From the human T2T-CHM13v2.0 reference genome, Homo sapiens: DNA of 64,000 bases. Location: assembly GCF_009914755.1 (NCBI RefSeq), contig NC_060948.1, one strand, 5' to 3'. How positions within the stretch are numbered: position 1 is the first letter of the stretch; each line of letters starts with the position of its first letter. Positions 1 through 14,800 of this stretch are shown here, in pieces. The notes beneath the pieces were generated by a model. That model was not told the origin of the DNA and searched no databases. It saw nothing but the letters and a program-made list of their open reading frames with translations. Both the position numbers and the translations under genes were made by a program.

Positions 1-1217
1 GGAAGGGAATAGAATAGATGGTAATGGAATGGACTCGAATAGAATGGACACGAATGCTCAAATTGAATGGACTCGAATGGAATGGAAACGAAAGGAATGT
101 CATCGAATGGAATTGAATCGATTGGAATGAAATCGCATAGAATGGAGTGGAATCAAATGGAATTGAATCGAAAGGAAAGGAAGCGAATGGACTGAAATGA
201 AATGGAATGGAATTGAATGGAAAGTAATGCAATGGAATAGAATGGAACGAAATTTCACGGAATGGAATCAAACTGAATGGAATCAAATCAATGGAATCTA
301 ATCAAATGGAATGGAAAGGAATTGAATGGAGTAGATTGGATTGGATGGGATTGGAATGAAATGTACTGGAAAGGACTCGAATTTCATGAAACGGAATGGA
401 ATGAATTGGAACGGAATGGACTCGAATGGAATGGAATGTCATGGAATGGCATCAAATGGAATGGCATCAAATGGAATGGAATCGAATGCAATGGAATGTT
501 ATGGAATGGAATGGAATGCATTGGAATGGAATGCCCTCTAATGGAATGGATTCGAGTGGAATGGAATCGAATATAATGGAGTCGAATGAAATGGAATTGA
601 AAGGAATGGGATCGAATACAATGGAATATACTGGAATGTAATGTAATGAACTCGAATGTAATTGACTGGAATGGAATGTACATGAATGGAATGTAATCGA
701 ATGGAAAGTAATCCAAAGGAATAGAATCTAATGCAATAAAACCGACCCAGATAGAGTAGAATGTAATGGAATGGAGTGCAGTGCAATGGAATGGAATGGA
801 ATGGAATGCAATGGAATAGAATGGAATGGAATGGAATGGAATGGAATGGAATGGGATGGAATGGGATGGAATGGATAGTAATGGACTGGAGTGAAATGGA
901 CTGGAAAGGAATGGACTCAAACTGAAAGGGCTCGAAAGGAATGGAGTCAAATGGAATGGTCTGGAATGGAATGAACACGAATGTAATGCAATCCAATAGA
1001 ATGGAATCGAATGGCATGGAATATAAAGAAATGGAAACGAAGAGACTGGAAACAAATGGAATGGAATTGAATGGAATGGAATTGAATGGAATGGGAACGA
1101 ATGGAGTGAAATTGTATGCAGTAGAAGAGAATAGAATGGAATGCAAGTGAAAGGAAAGGAATGGATTGGAATGGAATGGAATTCATTGGAATGGAAGGGA
1201 ATGTAGTGTAATGGACA
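1..1217 (+). repeat. Partial DYZ1 unit U0 (3' part)
   Basis: Same landmark order as the ends of later units; EcoRI site at 1179-1184. Confidence 0.9.
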
Positions 1218-1592
1218 GGCCTGGAATAAAGTGGAATGCTACGGTCTCGAATGGAATAAAAATGTATGGAATGGAATGCAATGAAACGGAATCGAATGTC
1301 ATAGAATGTAATGGAATGCAAAAAAATGGAATCCAAAATCATTGACTGGAAAGGCTGGGTGTCGAAAGGAATTGACTCCAATGGAATGGAATCGAATGGA
1401 ATGGAAGTGAATAGAATCGAACTAAATCGAATGGAATGGAATTGATAGGAACGGAATGGAAAGGAATGCAATGATTTGGCATGGAATGGAATCGAATGGC
1501 ATCGAATGGAATGGAATGGAATGCAATGGAATGGAATGTATTAGAATGTAATGAACTTTAATGGAATGTACTCGAATGGATTCGACTGGAAT

Positions 1593-1607
1593 GGAATGTT
1601 CTGGAAG
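1593..1607. promoter_or_regulatory. Perfect heat-shock element motif HSE-1 (first copy; recurs per unit)
   Basis: gGAAtgTTCtgGAAg matches nGAAnnTTCnnGAAn. Intact in 15 of 18 copies. Motif match only; binding not shown. Confidence 0.55.
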
Positions 1608-1872
1608 TGAATGGACTCCAATGGAATGGATTCAAAAGGAATGGAATCGTACGGAATGGAATCTAATGGAATGGAATTAAATGGAAATGAATCAAATTGA
1701 ATAGCACGGAATTGAATTGAATGGAATGGAATGCAATGGAATCTAATGAAACGGAAAGGAAAGGAATGGAATGGAATGGAATGGGCTGGAAAGGAAAGGA
1801 ATCGAAACGAATGGAATGGAATCGAACTGAAGAGACTGGAATGGAATGCACTGGAATGGAAGGGAGTGTAAT

Positions 1873-1887
1873 GGAAGGTTCTCGAAA
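1873..1887. promoter_or_regulatory. Perfect heat-shock element motif HSE-2 (first copy; recurs per unit)
   Basis: gGAAggTTCtcGAAa. Intact in 18 of 18 copies. Motif match only. Confidence 0.6.
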
Positions 1888-2898
1888 AAAATGGAATGGA
1901 ATGGAATGGAATTGAATGGAACGGAATAGAGTCGAATGGAATTGAATGGAATGGAATGGACTAGAGTGAAATGGAATCGAACCACAAGGAATGGACAGGA
2001 ATAGAATGGTCTCGAATTGAATGGAATGGTATGGAATGGCATCAAACGGAACGGAATGGACAGCCACGGAATGGAATGCACTCGAATGCAATGGAGTCGA
2101 AACTAATGGACTGGAATAGAATGGACTCGACTGGTACGGACTCCAATGGAATGGAATCGAATGGAAGGGAATCGAACGGAATGGACTCGAAGGGAAAAGA
2201 CTGCAATGGAAAGGTCTCGAATGGAATGGAAATTAATGGAATGGAATGGAGTCGAATGAAATGGAGTCAAAAGGAATGGAATCGAATGGCAAGAAATCGA
2301 ATGTAATGGAATCGCAAGGAATTGATGTGAACGGAACGGAATGGAATGGAATCCAAAGGAATGGAATAGAATGGAATGGAATCGAATGGAAAGGACTCGA
2401 ATGGAAATCACTCGAATAGAATGCAATTTAATAAAATAGGATCAAATGTAATGGAATGGAATGGAAAGGAATCGAAACGAAAGGAATGGAGACAGATGGA
2501 ATGGAATGGAACAGAGAGCAATGGTATAGAATGGAATGGAATCATCTGGAATGGAATTGAATGGAATGGAATAATATGAAATGGAATGGAATGGAATGGA
2601 ATGGAATGCCCTTGAATTAAATGGACTGGAATGGAATGGACTCGAACAGAGTGGAATGGAAAGTGTTGAGATAGAATGTAATGGACTCCTTCGGAATGGT
2701 CTAGTATGCAATGCAATCGACTGGCAGGGAATCAAAAGGAATGTAATCGAATGGATTGGACTGGAATGCAGTGGACTCGAATAGATTGGAAAAGGAATGC
2801 AAAGGAATGGAATGGAATAGTATGGAATGGAATGGAAAGGAATGGAGTGGAATAGACTAGAGTGGAATGGAATGGACTGGAAAGCAATGGACTGGAAT

Positions 2899-2913
2899 GG
2901 AACTTTCTTGAAT
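2899..2913. promoter_or_regulatory. Perfect heat-shock element motif HSE-3 (first copy; recurs per unit)
   Basis: gGAActTTCttGAAt. Intact in 16 of 18 copies. Motif match only. Confidence 0.55.
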
Positions 2914-4780
2914 GGACTGGAATCAAACGGAATGGAATGCAATGCAATCAAGTGGCATGGAATAAAATAGAATGAAAGAGAATCAAATTGAATTGAATCG
3001 AATGGAATCGAATGGATTGGAAAGGAATAGAATGGAATGGAATGGAATTGACTCAAATGGAATGGACTAGAATGGAATGGATTCGAATGGAAGGCAAAGG
3101 AATGGAACCTATTGGAATGGACTGTAATGGAATGGAATGGAAGGGATTGGAATGGACTCGAATGGAATGGACTGCAATAGAAAGGATTCGAATGGAATGA
3201 AAAAGAATTGAACGGAATAGAACAGAATGGAATCAAATCGAATGAAATGGAATGGAATAGAAAGGAATGGAATGAAATGGAATGGAAAGGATTCGAATGG
3301 AATGCAATCGAATGGAATGGAATCGAACGGAATGGAATAAAATGGAAGAAAACTGGCAAGAAATGGAATCGAAATGAATGGAGTGTTATGGAACGGACTC
3401 AAAAGGAATTGAATGTAATAGAATGGAGTGGAGTGGACTCGAATATAATGGACTGGAATGGAATGAAATCACATGGAATGGGAACGAATGGAATGGAATG
3501 GAAAGGAATGGAATCGAATGGAAAGGAATCGAATGGAAGGGAATGAAATTGAATCAACAGGAATAGAAGGGAATAGAATAGACGGTAATGGAATGGACTC
3601 GAATAGAATGGACACGAATGCTCAAATTGAATGGACTCCAATGGAATGGAAACGAAAGGAATGTCATCGAATAGAATTGAATCAATTGGAATGAAATCGC
3701 AAGAATGGAGTGGAATCAAATGGAATTGAATCGAAAGGAAAGGAAGCGAATGGACTGAAATGAAATGGAATGGAATTGAATGGAAAGTAATGCAATGGAA
3801 TAGAATGGAACGAAATTTCACGGAATGGAATCAAACTGAAAGGAATCAAATCAATGGAATCTAATCAAATGGAATGGAAAGGAATTGAATGGAGTAGATT
3901 GGATTGGATGGGATTGGAGTGAAATGTACTGGAAAGGACTCGAATTTCATGAAACGGAATGGAATGAATTGGAACGGAATGGACTCGAATGGAATGGAAT
4001 TTCATGGAATGGCATCAAATGGAATGGCATCAAATGGAATGGAATCGAATGCAATGGAATGCTATGGAATGGAATGGAATGCATTGGAATGGAATGTCCT
4101 CTAATGGAATGGATTCGAGTGGAATGGAATCGAATATAATGGAGTCGAATGAAATGGAATTGAAAGGAATGGGATCGAATACAATGGAATATGCTGGAAT
4201 GTAATGTAATGAACTCGAATGTAATTGACTGGAATGGAATGTACATGAATGGAATGTAATCGAATGGAAAGTAATCCAATGGAATAGAATCTAATGCAAT
4301 AAAATCGACTCAGATAGAGTAGAATGTAATGGAATGGAGTGCAGTACAATGGAATGGAATGGAATGCAATGGAATGGAATGGAATGGAATGGAATGGAAT
4401 GGAATGGGATGGAATGGGATGGAATGGTATGGAATGGATAGTAATGGACTGGAGTGAAATGGACTGGAAAGGAATGGACTCAAATTGAAAGGGCTCGAAA
4501 GGAATGGAGTCAAATGGAATGGTCTGGAATGGAATGAACACGAATGTAATGCAATCCAATAGAATGGAATCGAATGGCATGGAATATAAAGAAATGGAAT
4601 CGAAGAGAATGGAAACAAATGGAATGGAATTGAATGGAATGGAATTGAATGGAATGCGAACGAATGGAGTGAAATTGTATGCAGTAGAAGGGAATAGAAT
4701 GGAATGCAAGCGAAAGGAAAGGAATGGATTGGAATGGAATGGAATTCATTGGAATGGAAGGGAATGTAGTGTAATGGACA

Positions 4781-7700
4781 GGCCTGGAATAAAGTGGAAT
4801 GCTACTGTCTCGAATGGAATAAAAATGTATGGAATGGAATGCAATGAAACGGAATCGAATGTCATAGAATGTAATGGAATGCAAAAAAATGGAATCCAAA
4901 ATCATTGACTGGAAAGGCTGGGTGTCGAAAGGAATTGACTCCAATGGAATGGAATCGAATGGAATGGAAGTGAATAGAATCGAACTAAATCGAATGGAAT
5001 GGAATTGATAGGAACGGAATGGAAAGGAATGCAATGATTTGGCATGGAATGGAATCGAATGGCATCGAATGGAATGGAATGGAATGCAATGGAATGGAAT
5101 GTATTAGAATGTAATGAACTTTAATGGAATGTACTCGAATGGATTCGACTGGAATGGAATGTTCTGGAAGTGAATGGACTCCAATGGAATGGATTCAAAA
5201 GGAATGGAATCGTACGGAATGGAATCTAATGGAATGGAATTAAATGGAAATGAATCAAATTGAATAGCACGGAATTGAATTGAATGGAATGGAATGCAAT
5301 GGAATCTAATGAAACGGAAAGGAAAGGAATGGAATGGAATGGAATGGGCTGGAATGGAAAGGAATCGAAACGAATGGAATGGAATCGAACTGAAGAGACT
5401 GGAATGGAATGCACTGGAATGGAAGGGAGTGTAATGGAAGGTTCTCGAAAAAAATGGAATCGAATGGAATGGAATTGAATGGAACGGAATAGAGTCGAAT
5501 GGAATTGAATGGAATGGAATGGACTAGAGTGAAATGGAATCGAACCACAAGGAATGGACAGGAATAGAATGGTCTCGAATTGAATGGAATCGTATGGAAT
5601 GGCATCAAACGGAATGGAATGGACAGCCACGGAATGGAATGCACTCGAATGCAATGGAGTCGAAACTAATGGACTGGAATAGAATGGACTCGACTGGTAC
5701 GGACTCCAATGGAATGGAATCGAATGGAAGGGAATCGAACGGAATGGACTCGAAGGGAAAAGACTGCAATGGAAAGGTCTCGAATGGAATGGAAATTAAT
5801 GGAATGGAATGGAATCGAATGAAATGGAGTCAAAAGGAATGGAATCGAATGGCAAGAAATCGAATGTAATGGAATCGCAAGGAATTGATGTGAACGGAAC
5901 GGAATGGAATGGAATCCAAAGGAATGGAATAGAATGGAATGGAATCGAATGGAAAGGACTCGAATGGAAATCACTCGAATAGAATGCAATTTAATAAAAT
6001 AGGATCAAATGTAATGGAATGGAATGGAAAGGAATCGAAACGAAAGGAATGGAGACAGATGGAATGGAATGGAACAGAGAGCAATGGTATAGAATGGAAT
6101 GGAATCATCTGGAATGGAATTGAATGGAATGGAATAATATGAAATGGAATGGAATGGAATGGAATGGAATGTACTTGAATTAAATGGACTGGAATGGAAT
6201 GGACTCGAACAGAGTGGAATGGAAAGTGTTGAGATAGAATGCAATGGACTCCTTTGGAATGGTGTAGTATGCAATGCAATCGACTGGCAGGGAATCAAAA
6301 GGAATGTAATGGAATGGATTGGACTGGAATGCAATGGACTCGAATAGATTGGAAACGGAATGCAAAGGAATGGAATGGAATAGTATGGAATGGAATGGAA
6401 AGGAATGGAGTGGAATAGACTAGAGTGGAATGGAATGGACTGGAAAGCAATGGACTGGAATGGAACTTTCTTGAATGGACTGGAATCAAACGGAATGGAA
6501 TGCAATGCAATCAAATGGCATGGAATAAAATAGAATGAAAGAGAACCAAATGGAATTGAATCGAATGGAATCGAATGGATTGGAAAGGAATAGAATGGAA
6601 TGGAATGGAATTGACTCAAATGGAATGGACTAGAATGGAATGGATTCGAATGGAAGGCAAAGGAATGGAATCTATTGGAATGGACTGTAATGGAATGGAA
6701 TGGAAGGGATTGGAATGGACTCGAATGGAATGGACTGCAATAGAAAGGATTCGAATGGAATGAAAAAGAATTGAATGGAATAGAACAGAATGGAATCAAA
6801 TCGAATGAAATGGAATGGAATAGAAAGGAATGGAATGAAATGGAATGGAAAGGATTCGAATGGAATGCAATCGAATGGAATGGAATCGAACGGAATGGAA
6901 TAAAATGGAAGAAAACTGGCAAGAAATGGAATCGAAATGAATGGAGTGTTATGGAACGGACTCAAAAGGAATTGAATGTAATAGAATGGAGTGGAGTGGA
7001 CTCGAATATAATGGACTGGAATGGAATGAAATCACATGGAATGGGAACGAATGGAATGGAATGGAAAGGAATGGAATCGAATGGAAAGGAATCGAATGGA
7101 AGGGAATGAAATTGAATCAACAGGAATGGAAGGGAATAGAATAGACGGTAATGGAATGGACTCGAATAGAATGGACACGAATGCTCAAATCGAATGGACT
7201 CGAATGGAATGGAAACGAAAGGAATGTCATCGAATGGAATTGAATGGATTGGAATGAAATCGCATAGAATGGAGTGGAATCAAATGGAATTGAATCGAAA
7301 GGAAAGGAAGCGAATGGACTGAAATGAAATGAAATGGAATTGAATGGAAAGTAATGCAATGGAATAGAATGGAACGAAATTTCACGGAATGGAATCAAAC
7401 TGAATGGAATCAAATCAATGGAATCAAATCAAATGGAATGGAAAGGAATTGAATGGAGTAGATTGGATTGGATGGGATTGGAATGAAATGTACTGGAAAG
7501 GACTCGAATTTCATGAAACGGAATGGAATGAATTGGAACGGAATGGACTCGAATGGAATGGAATGTCATGGAATGGCATCAAATGGAATGGCATCAAATG
7601 GAATGGAATCGAATGCAATGGAATGCTATGGAATGGAATGGAATGCATTGGAATGGAATGTCCTCTAATGGAATGGATTCGAGTGGAATGGAATCGAATA

Positions 7701-8339
7701 TAATGGAGTCGAATGAAATGGAATTGAAAGGAATGGGATCGAATACAATGGAATATACTGGAATGTAATGTAATGAACTCGAATGTAATTGACTGGAATG
7801 GAATGTACATGAATGGAATGTAATCGATTGGAAAGTAATCCAATGGAATAGAATCTAATGCAATAAAATCGACTCAGATAGAGTAGAATGTAATGGAATG
7901 GAGTGCAGTGCAATGGAATGGAATGGAATGGAATGCAATGGAATGGAATGGAATGGAATGGAATGGGATGGAATGGGATGGAATGGTATGGAATGGATAG
8001 TAATGGACTGGAGTGAAATGGACTGGAAAGGAATGGACTCAAATTGAAAGGGCTCGAAAGGAATGGAGTCAAATGGAATGGTCTGGAATGGAATGAACAC
8101 GAATGTAATGCAATCCAATAGAATGGAATCGAATGGCATGGAATATAAAGAAATGGAATCGAAGAGAATGGAAACAAATGGAATGGAATTGAATGGAATG
8201 GAATTGAATGGAATGGGAACGAATGGAGTGAAATTGTATGCAGTAGAAGGGAATAGAATGGAATGCAAGCGAAAGGAAAGGAATGGATTGGAATGGAATG
8301 GAATTCATTGGAATGGAAGGGAATGTCGTGTAATGGACA
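4781..8339 (+). repeat. DYZ1 unit U2, 3559 bp
   Basis: GGCC-to-GGCC interval. Confidence 0.9.
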
Positions 8340-11300
8340 GGCCTGGAATAAAGTGGAATGCTACGGTCTCGAATGGAATAAAAATGTATGGAATGGAATG
8401 CAATGAAACGTAATCGAATGTCATAGAATGTAATGGAATGCAAAAAAATGGAATCCAAAATCATTGACAGGAAAGGCTGGGTGTCGAAAGGAATTGACTC
8501 CAATGGAATGGAATCGAATGGAATGGAAGTGAATAGAATCGAACTAAATCGAATGGAATGGAATTGATAGGAACGGAATGGAAAGGAATGCAATGATTTG
8601 GCATGGAATGGAATCGAATGGCATCGAATGGAATGGAATGGAATGCAATGGAATGGAATGTATTAGAATGTAATGAACTTTAATGGAATGTACTCGAATG
8701 GATTCGACTGGAATGGAATGTTGTGGAAGTGAATGGACTCCAATGGAATGGATTCAAAAGGAATGGAATCGTACGGAATGGAATCTAATGGAATGGAATT
8801 AAATGGAAATGAATCAAATTGAATAGCACGGAATTGAATTGAATGGAATGGAATGCAATGGAATCTAATGAAACGGAAAGGAAAGGAATGGAATGGAATG
8901 GAATGGGCTGGAATGGAAAGGAATCGAAACGAATGGAATGGAATCGAACTGAAGAGACTGGAATGGAATGCACTGGAATGGAAGGGAGTGTAATGGAAGG
9001 TTCTCGAAAAAAATGGAATGGAATGGAATGGAATTGAATGGAACGGAATAGAGTCGAATGGAATTGAATGGAATGGAATGGACTAGAGTGAAATGGAATC
9101 GAACCACAAGGAATGGACAGGAATAGAATGGTCTCGAATTGAATGGAATCGTATGGAATGGCATCAAACGGAATGGAATGGACAGCCACGGAATGGAATG
9201 CACTCGAATGCAATGGAGTCGAAACTAATGGACTGGAATAGAATGGACTCGACTGGTACGGACTCCAATGGAATGGAATCGAATGGAAGGGAATCGAACG
9301 GAATGGACTCGAAGGGAAAAGACTGCAATGGAAAGGTCTCGAATGGAATGGAAATTAATGGAATGGAATGGAATCGAATGAAATGGAGTCAAAAGGAATG
9401 GAATCGAATGGCAAGAAATCGAATGTAATGGAATCGCAAGGAATTGATGTGAACGGAACGGAATGGAATGGAATCCAAAGGAATGGAATAGAATGGAATG
9501 GAATCGAATGGAAAGGACTCGAATGGAAATCACTCGAATAGAATGCAATTTAATAAAATAGGATCAAATGTAATGGAATGGAATGGAAAGGAATCGAAAC
9601 GAAAGGAATGGAGACAGATGGAATGGAATGGAACAGAGAGCAATGGTATAGAATGGAATGGAATCATCTGGAATGGAATTGAATGGAATGGAATAATATG
9701 AAATGGAATGGAATGGAATGGAATGGAATGCCCTTGAATTAAATGGACTGGAATGGAATGGACTCGAAGAGAGTGGAATGGAAAGTGTTGAGATAGAATG
9801 GAATGGACTCCTTTGGAATGGTGTAGTATGCAATGCAATCGACTGGCAGGGAATCAAAAGGAATGTAATGGAATGGATTGGACTGGAATGCAATGGACTC
9901 GAATAGATTGCAAACGGAATGCAAAGGAATGGAATGGAATAGTATGGAATGGAATGGAAAGGAATGGAGTGGAATAGACTAGAGTGGAATGGAATGGACT
10001 GGAAAGCAATGGACTGGAATGGAACTTTCTTGAATGGACTGCAATCAAACGGAATGGAATGCAATGCAATCAAATGGCATGGAATAAAATAGAATGAAAG
10101 AGAATCAAATGGAATTGAATCGAATGGAATCGAATGGATTGGAAAGGAATAGAATGGAATGGAATGGAATTGACTCAAATGGAATGGACTAGAATGGAAT
10201 GGATTCGAATGGAAGGCAAAGGAATGGAATCTATTGGAATGGACTGTAATGGAATGGAATGGAAGGGATTGGAATGGACTCGAATGGAATGGACTGCAAT
10301 AGAAAGGATTCGAATGGAATGAAAAAGAATTGAATGGAATAGAACAGAATGGAATCAAATCGAATGAAATGGAATGGAATAGAAAGGAATGGAATGAAAT
10401 GGAATGGAAAGGATTCGAATGGAATGCAATCGAATGGAATGGAATCGAACGGAATGGAATAAAATGGAAGAAAACTGACAAGAAATGGAATCGAAATGAA
10501 TGGAGTGTTATGGAACGGACTCAAAAGGAATTGAATGTAATAGAATGGAGTGGAGTGGACTCGAATATAATGGACTGGAATGGAATGAAATCACAAGGAA
10601 TGGGAACGAATGGAATGGAATGGAAAGGAATGGAATCGAATGGAAAGGAATCGAATGGAAGGGAATGAAATTGAATCAACAGGAATGGAAGGGAATAGAA
10701 TAGACGGTAATGGAATGGACTCGAATAGAATGGACACGAATGCTCAAATTGAATGGACTCGAATGGAATGGAAACGAAAGGAATGTCATCGAATGGAATT
10801 GAATGGATTGGAATGAAATCGCATAGAATGGAGTGGAATCAAATGGAATTGAATCGAAAGGAAAGGAAGCGAATGGACTGAAATGAAATGGAATGGAATT
10901 GAATGGAAAGTAATGCAATGGAATAGAATGGAACGAAATTTCACGGAATGGAATCAAACTGAATGGAATCAAATCAATGGAATCAAATCAAATGGAATGG
11001 AAAGGAATTGAATGGAGTAGATTGGATTGGATGGGATTGGAATGAAATGTACTGGAAAGGACTCGAATTTCATGAAACGGAATGGAATGAATTGGAACGG
11101 AATGGACTCGAATGGAATGGAATGTCATGGAATGGCATCAAATGGAATGGCATCAAATGGAATGGAATCGAATGCAATGGAATGCTATGGAATGGAATGG
11201 AATGCATTGGAATGGAATGTCCTCTAATGGAATGGATTCGAGTGGAATGGAATCGAATATAATGGAGTCGAATGAAATGGAATTGAAAGGAGTGGGATCG

Positions 11301-11893
11301 AATACAATGGAATATACTGGAATGTAATGTAATGAACTCGAATGTAATTGACTGGAATGGAATGTACATGAAAGGAATGTAATCGAATGGAAAGTAATCC
11401 AATGGAATAGAATCTAATGCAATAAAATCGACTCAGATAGAGTAGAATGTAATGGAATGGAGTGCAGTGCAATGGAATGGAATGGAATGGAATGCAATGG
11501 AATGGAATGGAATGGAATGGAATGGAATGGGATGGAATGGGATGGAATGGATAGTAATGGACTGGAGTGAAATGGACTGGAAAGGAATGGACTCAAATTG
11601 AAAGGGCTCGAAAGGAATGTAGTCAAATGGAATGGTCTGGAATGGAATGAACAGGAATGTAATGCAATCCAATAGAATGGAATCGAATGGCATGGAATAT
11701 AAAGAAATGGAATCGAAGAGAATGGAAACAAATGGAATGGAATTGAATGGAATGGAATTGAATGGAATGGGAACGAATGGAGTGAAATTGTATGCAGTAG
11801 AAGGGAATAGAATGGAATGCAAGCGAAAGGAAAGGAATGGATTGGAATGGAATGGAATTCATTGGAATGGAAGGGAATGTAGTGTAATGGACA
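8340..11893 (+). repeat. DYZ1 unit U3, 3554 bp
   Basis: GGCC-to-GGCC interval. Confidence 0.9.
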
Positions 11894-14800
11894 GGCCTGG
11901 AATAAAGTGGAATGCTACGGTCTCGAATGGAATAAAAATGTATGGAATGGAATGCAATGAAACGGAATCGAATGTCATAGAATGTAATGGAATGCAAAAA
12001 AATGGAATCCAAAATCATTGACTGGAAAGGCTGGGTGTCGAAAGGAATTGACTCCAATGGTATGGAATCGAATGGAATGGAAGTGAATAGAATCGAACTA
12101 AATCGAATGGAATGGAATTGATAGGAACGGAATGGAAAGGAATGCAATGAATTGGCATGGAATGGAATCGAATGGCATCGAATGGAATGGAATGGAATGC
12201 AATGGAATGGAATGTATTAGAATGTAATGAACTTTAATGGAATGTACTCGAATGGATTCGACTGGAATGGAATGTTCTGGAAGTGAATGGACTCCAATGG
12301 AATGGATTCAAAAGGAATGGAATCGTACGGAATGGAATCTAATGGAATGGAATTAAATGGAAATGAATCAAATTGAATAGCACGGAATTGAATTGAATGG
12401 AATGGAATGCAATGGAATCTAATGAAACGGAAAGGAAAGGAATGGAATGGAATGGAATGGGCTGGAATGGAAAGGAATCGAAACGAATGGAATGGAATCG
12501 AACTGAAGAGACTGGAATGGAATGCACTGGAATGGAAGGGAGTGTAATGGAAGGTTCTCGAAAAAAATGGAATCGAATGGAATGGAATTGAATGGAACGG
12601 AATAGAGTCGAATGGAATTGAATGGAATGGAATGGACTAGAGTGAAATGGAATCGAACCACAAGGAATGGACAGGAATAGAATGGTCTCGAATTGAATGG
12701 AATCGTATGGAATGGCATCAAACGGAATGGAATGGACAGCCACGGAATGGAATGCACTCGAATGCAATGGAGTCGAAACTAATGGACTGGAATAGAATGG
12801 ACTCGACTGGTACGGACTCCAATGGAATGGAATCGAATGGAAGGGAATCGAACGGAATGGACTCGAAGGGAAAAGACTGCAATGGAAAGGTCTCGAATGG
12901 AATGGAAATTAATGGAATGGAATGGAATCGAATGAAATGGAGTCAAAAGGAATGGAATCGAATGGCAAGAAATCGAATGTAATGGAATCGCAAGGAATTG
13001 ATGTGAACGGAACGGAATGGAATGGAATCCAAAGGAATGGAATAGAATGGAATGGAATCGAATGGAAAGGACTCGAATGGAAATCACTCGAATAGAATGC
13101 AATTTAATAAAATAGGATCAAATGTAATGGAATGGAATGGAAAGGAATCGAAACGAAAGGAATGGAGACAGATGGAATGGAATGGAACAGAGAGCAATGG
13201 TATAGAATGGAATGGAATCATCTGGAATGGAATTGAATGGAATGGAATAATATGAAATGGAATGGAATGGAATGGAATGGAATGCCCTTGAATTAAATGG
13301 ACTGGAATGGAATGGACTCGAACAGAGTGGAATGGAAAGTGTTGAGATAGAATGGAATGGACTCCTTTGGAATGGTGTAGTATGCAATGCAATCGACTGG
13401 CAGGGAATCAAAAGGAATGTAATGGAATGGATTGGACTGGAATGCAATGGACTCGAATAGATTGGAAACGGAATGCAAAGGAAAGGAATGGAATAGTATG
13501 GAATGGAATGGAAAGGAATGGAGTGGAATAGACTAGAGTGGAATGGAATGGACTGGAAAGCAATGGACTGGAATGGAACTTTCTTGAATGGACTGGAATC
13601 AAACGGAATGGAATGCAATGCAATCAAATGGCATGGAATAAAATAGAATGAAAGAGAATCAAATGGAATTGAATCGAATGGAATCGAATGGATTGGAAAG
13701 GAATAGAATGGAATGGAATGGAATTGACTCAAATGGAATGGACTAGAATGGAATGGATTCGAATGGAAGGCAAAGGAATGGAATCTATTGGAATGGACTG
13801 TAATGGAATGGAATGGAAGGGATTGGAATGGACTCGAATGGAATGGACTGCAATAGAAAGGATTCGAATGGAATGAAAAAGAATTGAATGGAATAGAACA
13901 GAATGGAATCAAATCGAATGAAATGGAATGGAATAGAAAGGAATGGAATGAAATGGAATGGAAAGGATTCGAATGGAATGCAATCGAATGGAATGGAATC
14001 GAACGGAATGGAATAAAATGGAAGAAAACTGGCAAGAAATGGAATAGAAATGAATGGAGTGTTATGGAACGGACTCAAAGGAATTGAATGTAATAGAATG
14101 GAGTGGAGTGGACTCGAATATAATGGACTGGAATGGAATGAAATCACATGGAATGGGAACGAATGGAATGGAATGGAAAGGAATGGAATCGAATGGAAAG
14201 GAATCGAATGGAAGGGAATGAAATTGAATCAACAGGAATGGAAGGGAATAGAATAGACGGTAATGGAATGGACTCGAATAGAATGGACACGAATGCTGAA
14301 ATTGAATGGACTCGAATGGAATGGAAACGAAAGGAATGTCATCGAATGGAATTGAATGGATTGGAATGAAATCGCATAGAATGGAGTGGAATCAAATGGA
14401 ATTGAATCGAAAGGAAAGGAAGCGAATGGACTGAAATGAAACGGAATGGAATTGAATGGAAAGTAATGCAATGGAATAGAATGGAACGAAATTTCACGGA
14501 ATGGAATCAAACTGAATGGAATCAAATCAATGGAATCAAATCAAATGGAATGGAAAGGAATTGAATGGAGTAGATTGGATTGGATGGGATTGGAATGAAA
14601 TGTACTGGAAAGGACTCGAATTTCATGAAACGGAATGGAATGAATTGGAACGGAATGGACTCGAATGGAATGGAATGTCATGGAATGGCATCAAATGGAA
14701 TGGCATCAAATGGAATGGAATCGAATGCAATGGAATGCTATGGAATGGAATGGAATGCATTGGAATGGAATGTCCTGTAATGGAATGGATTCGAGTGGAA

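Larger units (their letters stand above)
1218..4780 (+). repeat. DYZ1 unit U1, 3563 bp
   Basis: GGCC-to-GGCC interval; 1-bp deletion near 3701 (cgcaagaat vs cgcatagaat). Confidence 0.9.

Noticed and set aside
283-355. DUX4-like (gaatctaatca) and CCAAT-box (gattggattgg) motifs
   Set aside because: Imperfect or very short matches that arise easily from pentamer variants; the DUX4-like form varies among units.
248-392. Additional HSE-like sites (gaaatttcacgga; cgaatttcatgaa)
   Set aside because: Spacing or the third nGAAn unit does not fit the perfect nGAAnnTTCnnGAAn pattern.
1218-4780. Internal ~1.78-kb half-unit (dimer) structure
   Set aside because: Short motifs recur within the unit (ctagagt at ~1961 and ~2856; ggtctcgaat at ~1243, 2008, 2213) but not at a consistent half-unit offset. 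A self dot-plot would be needed to exclude an ancient one.
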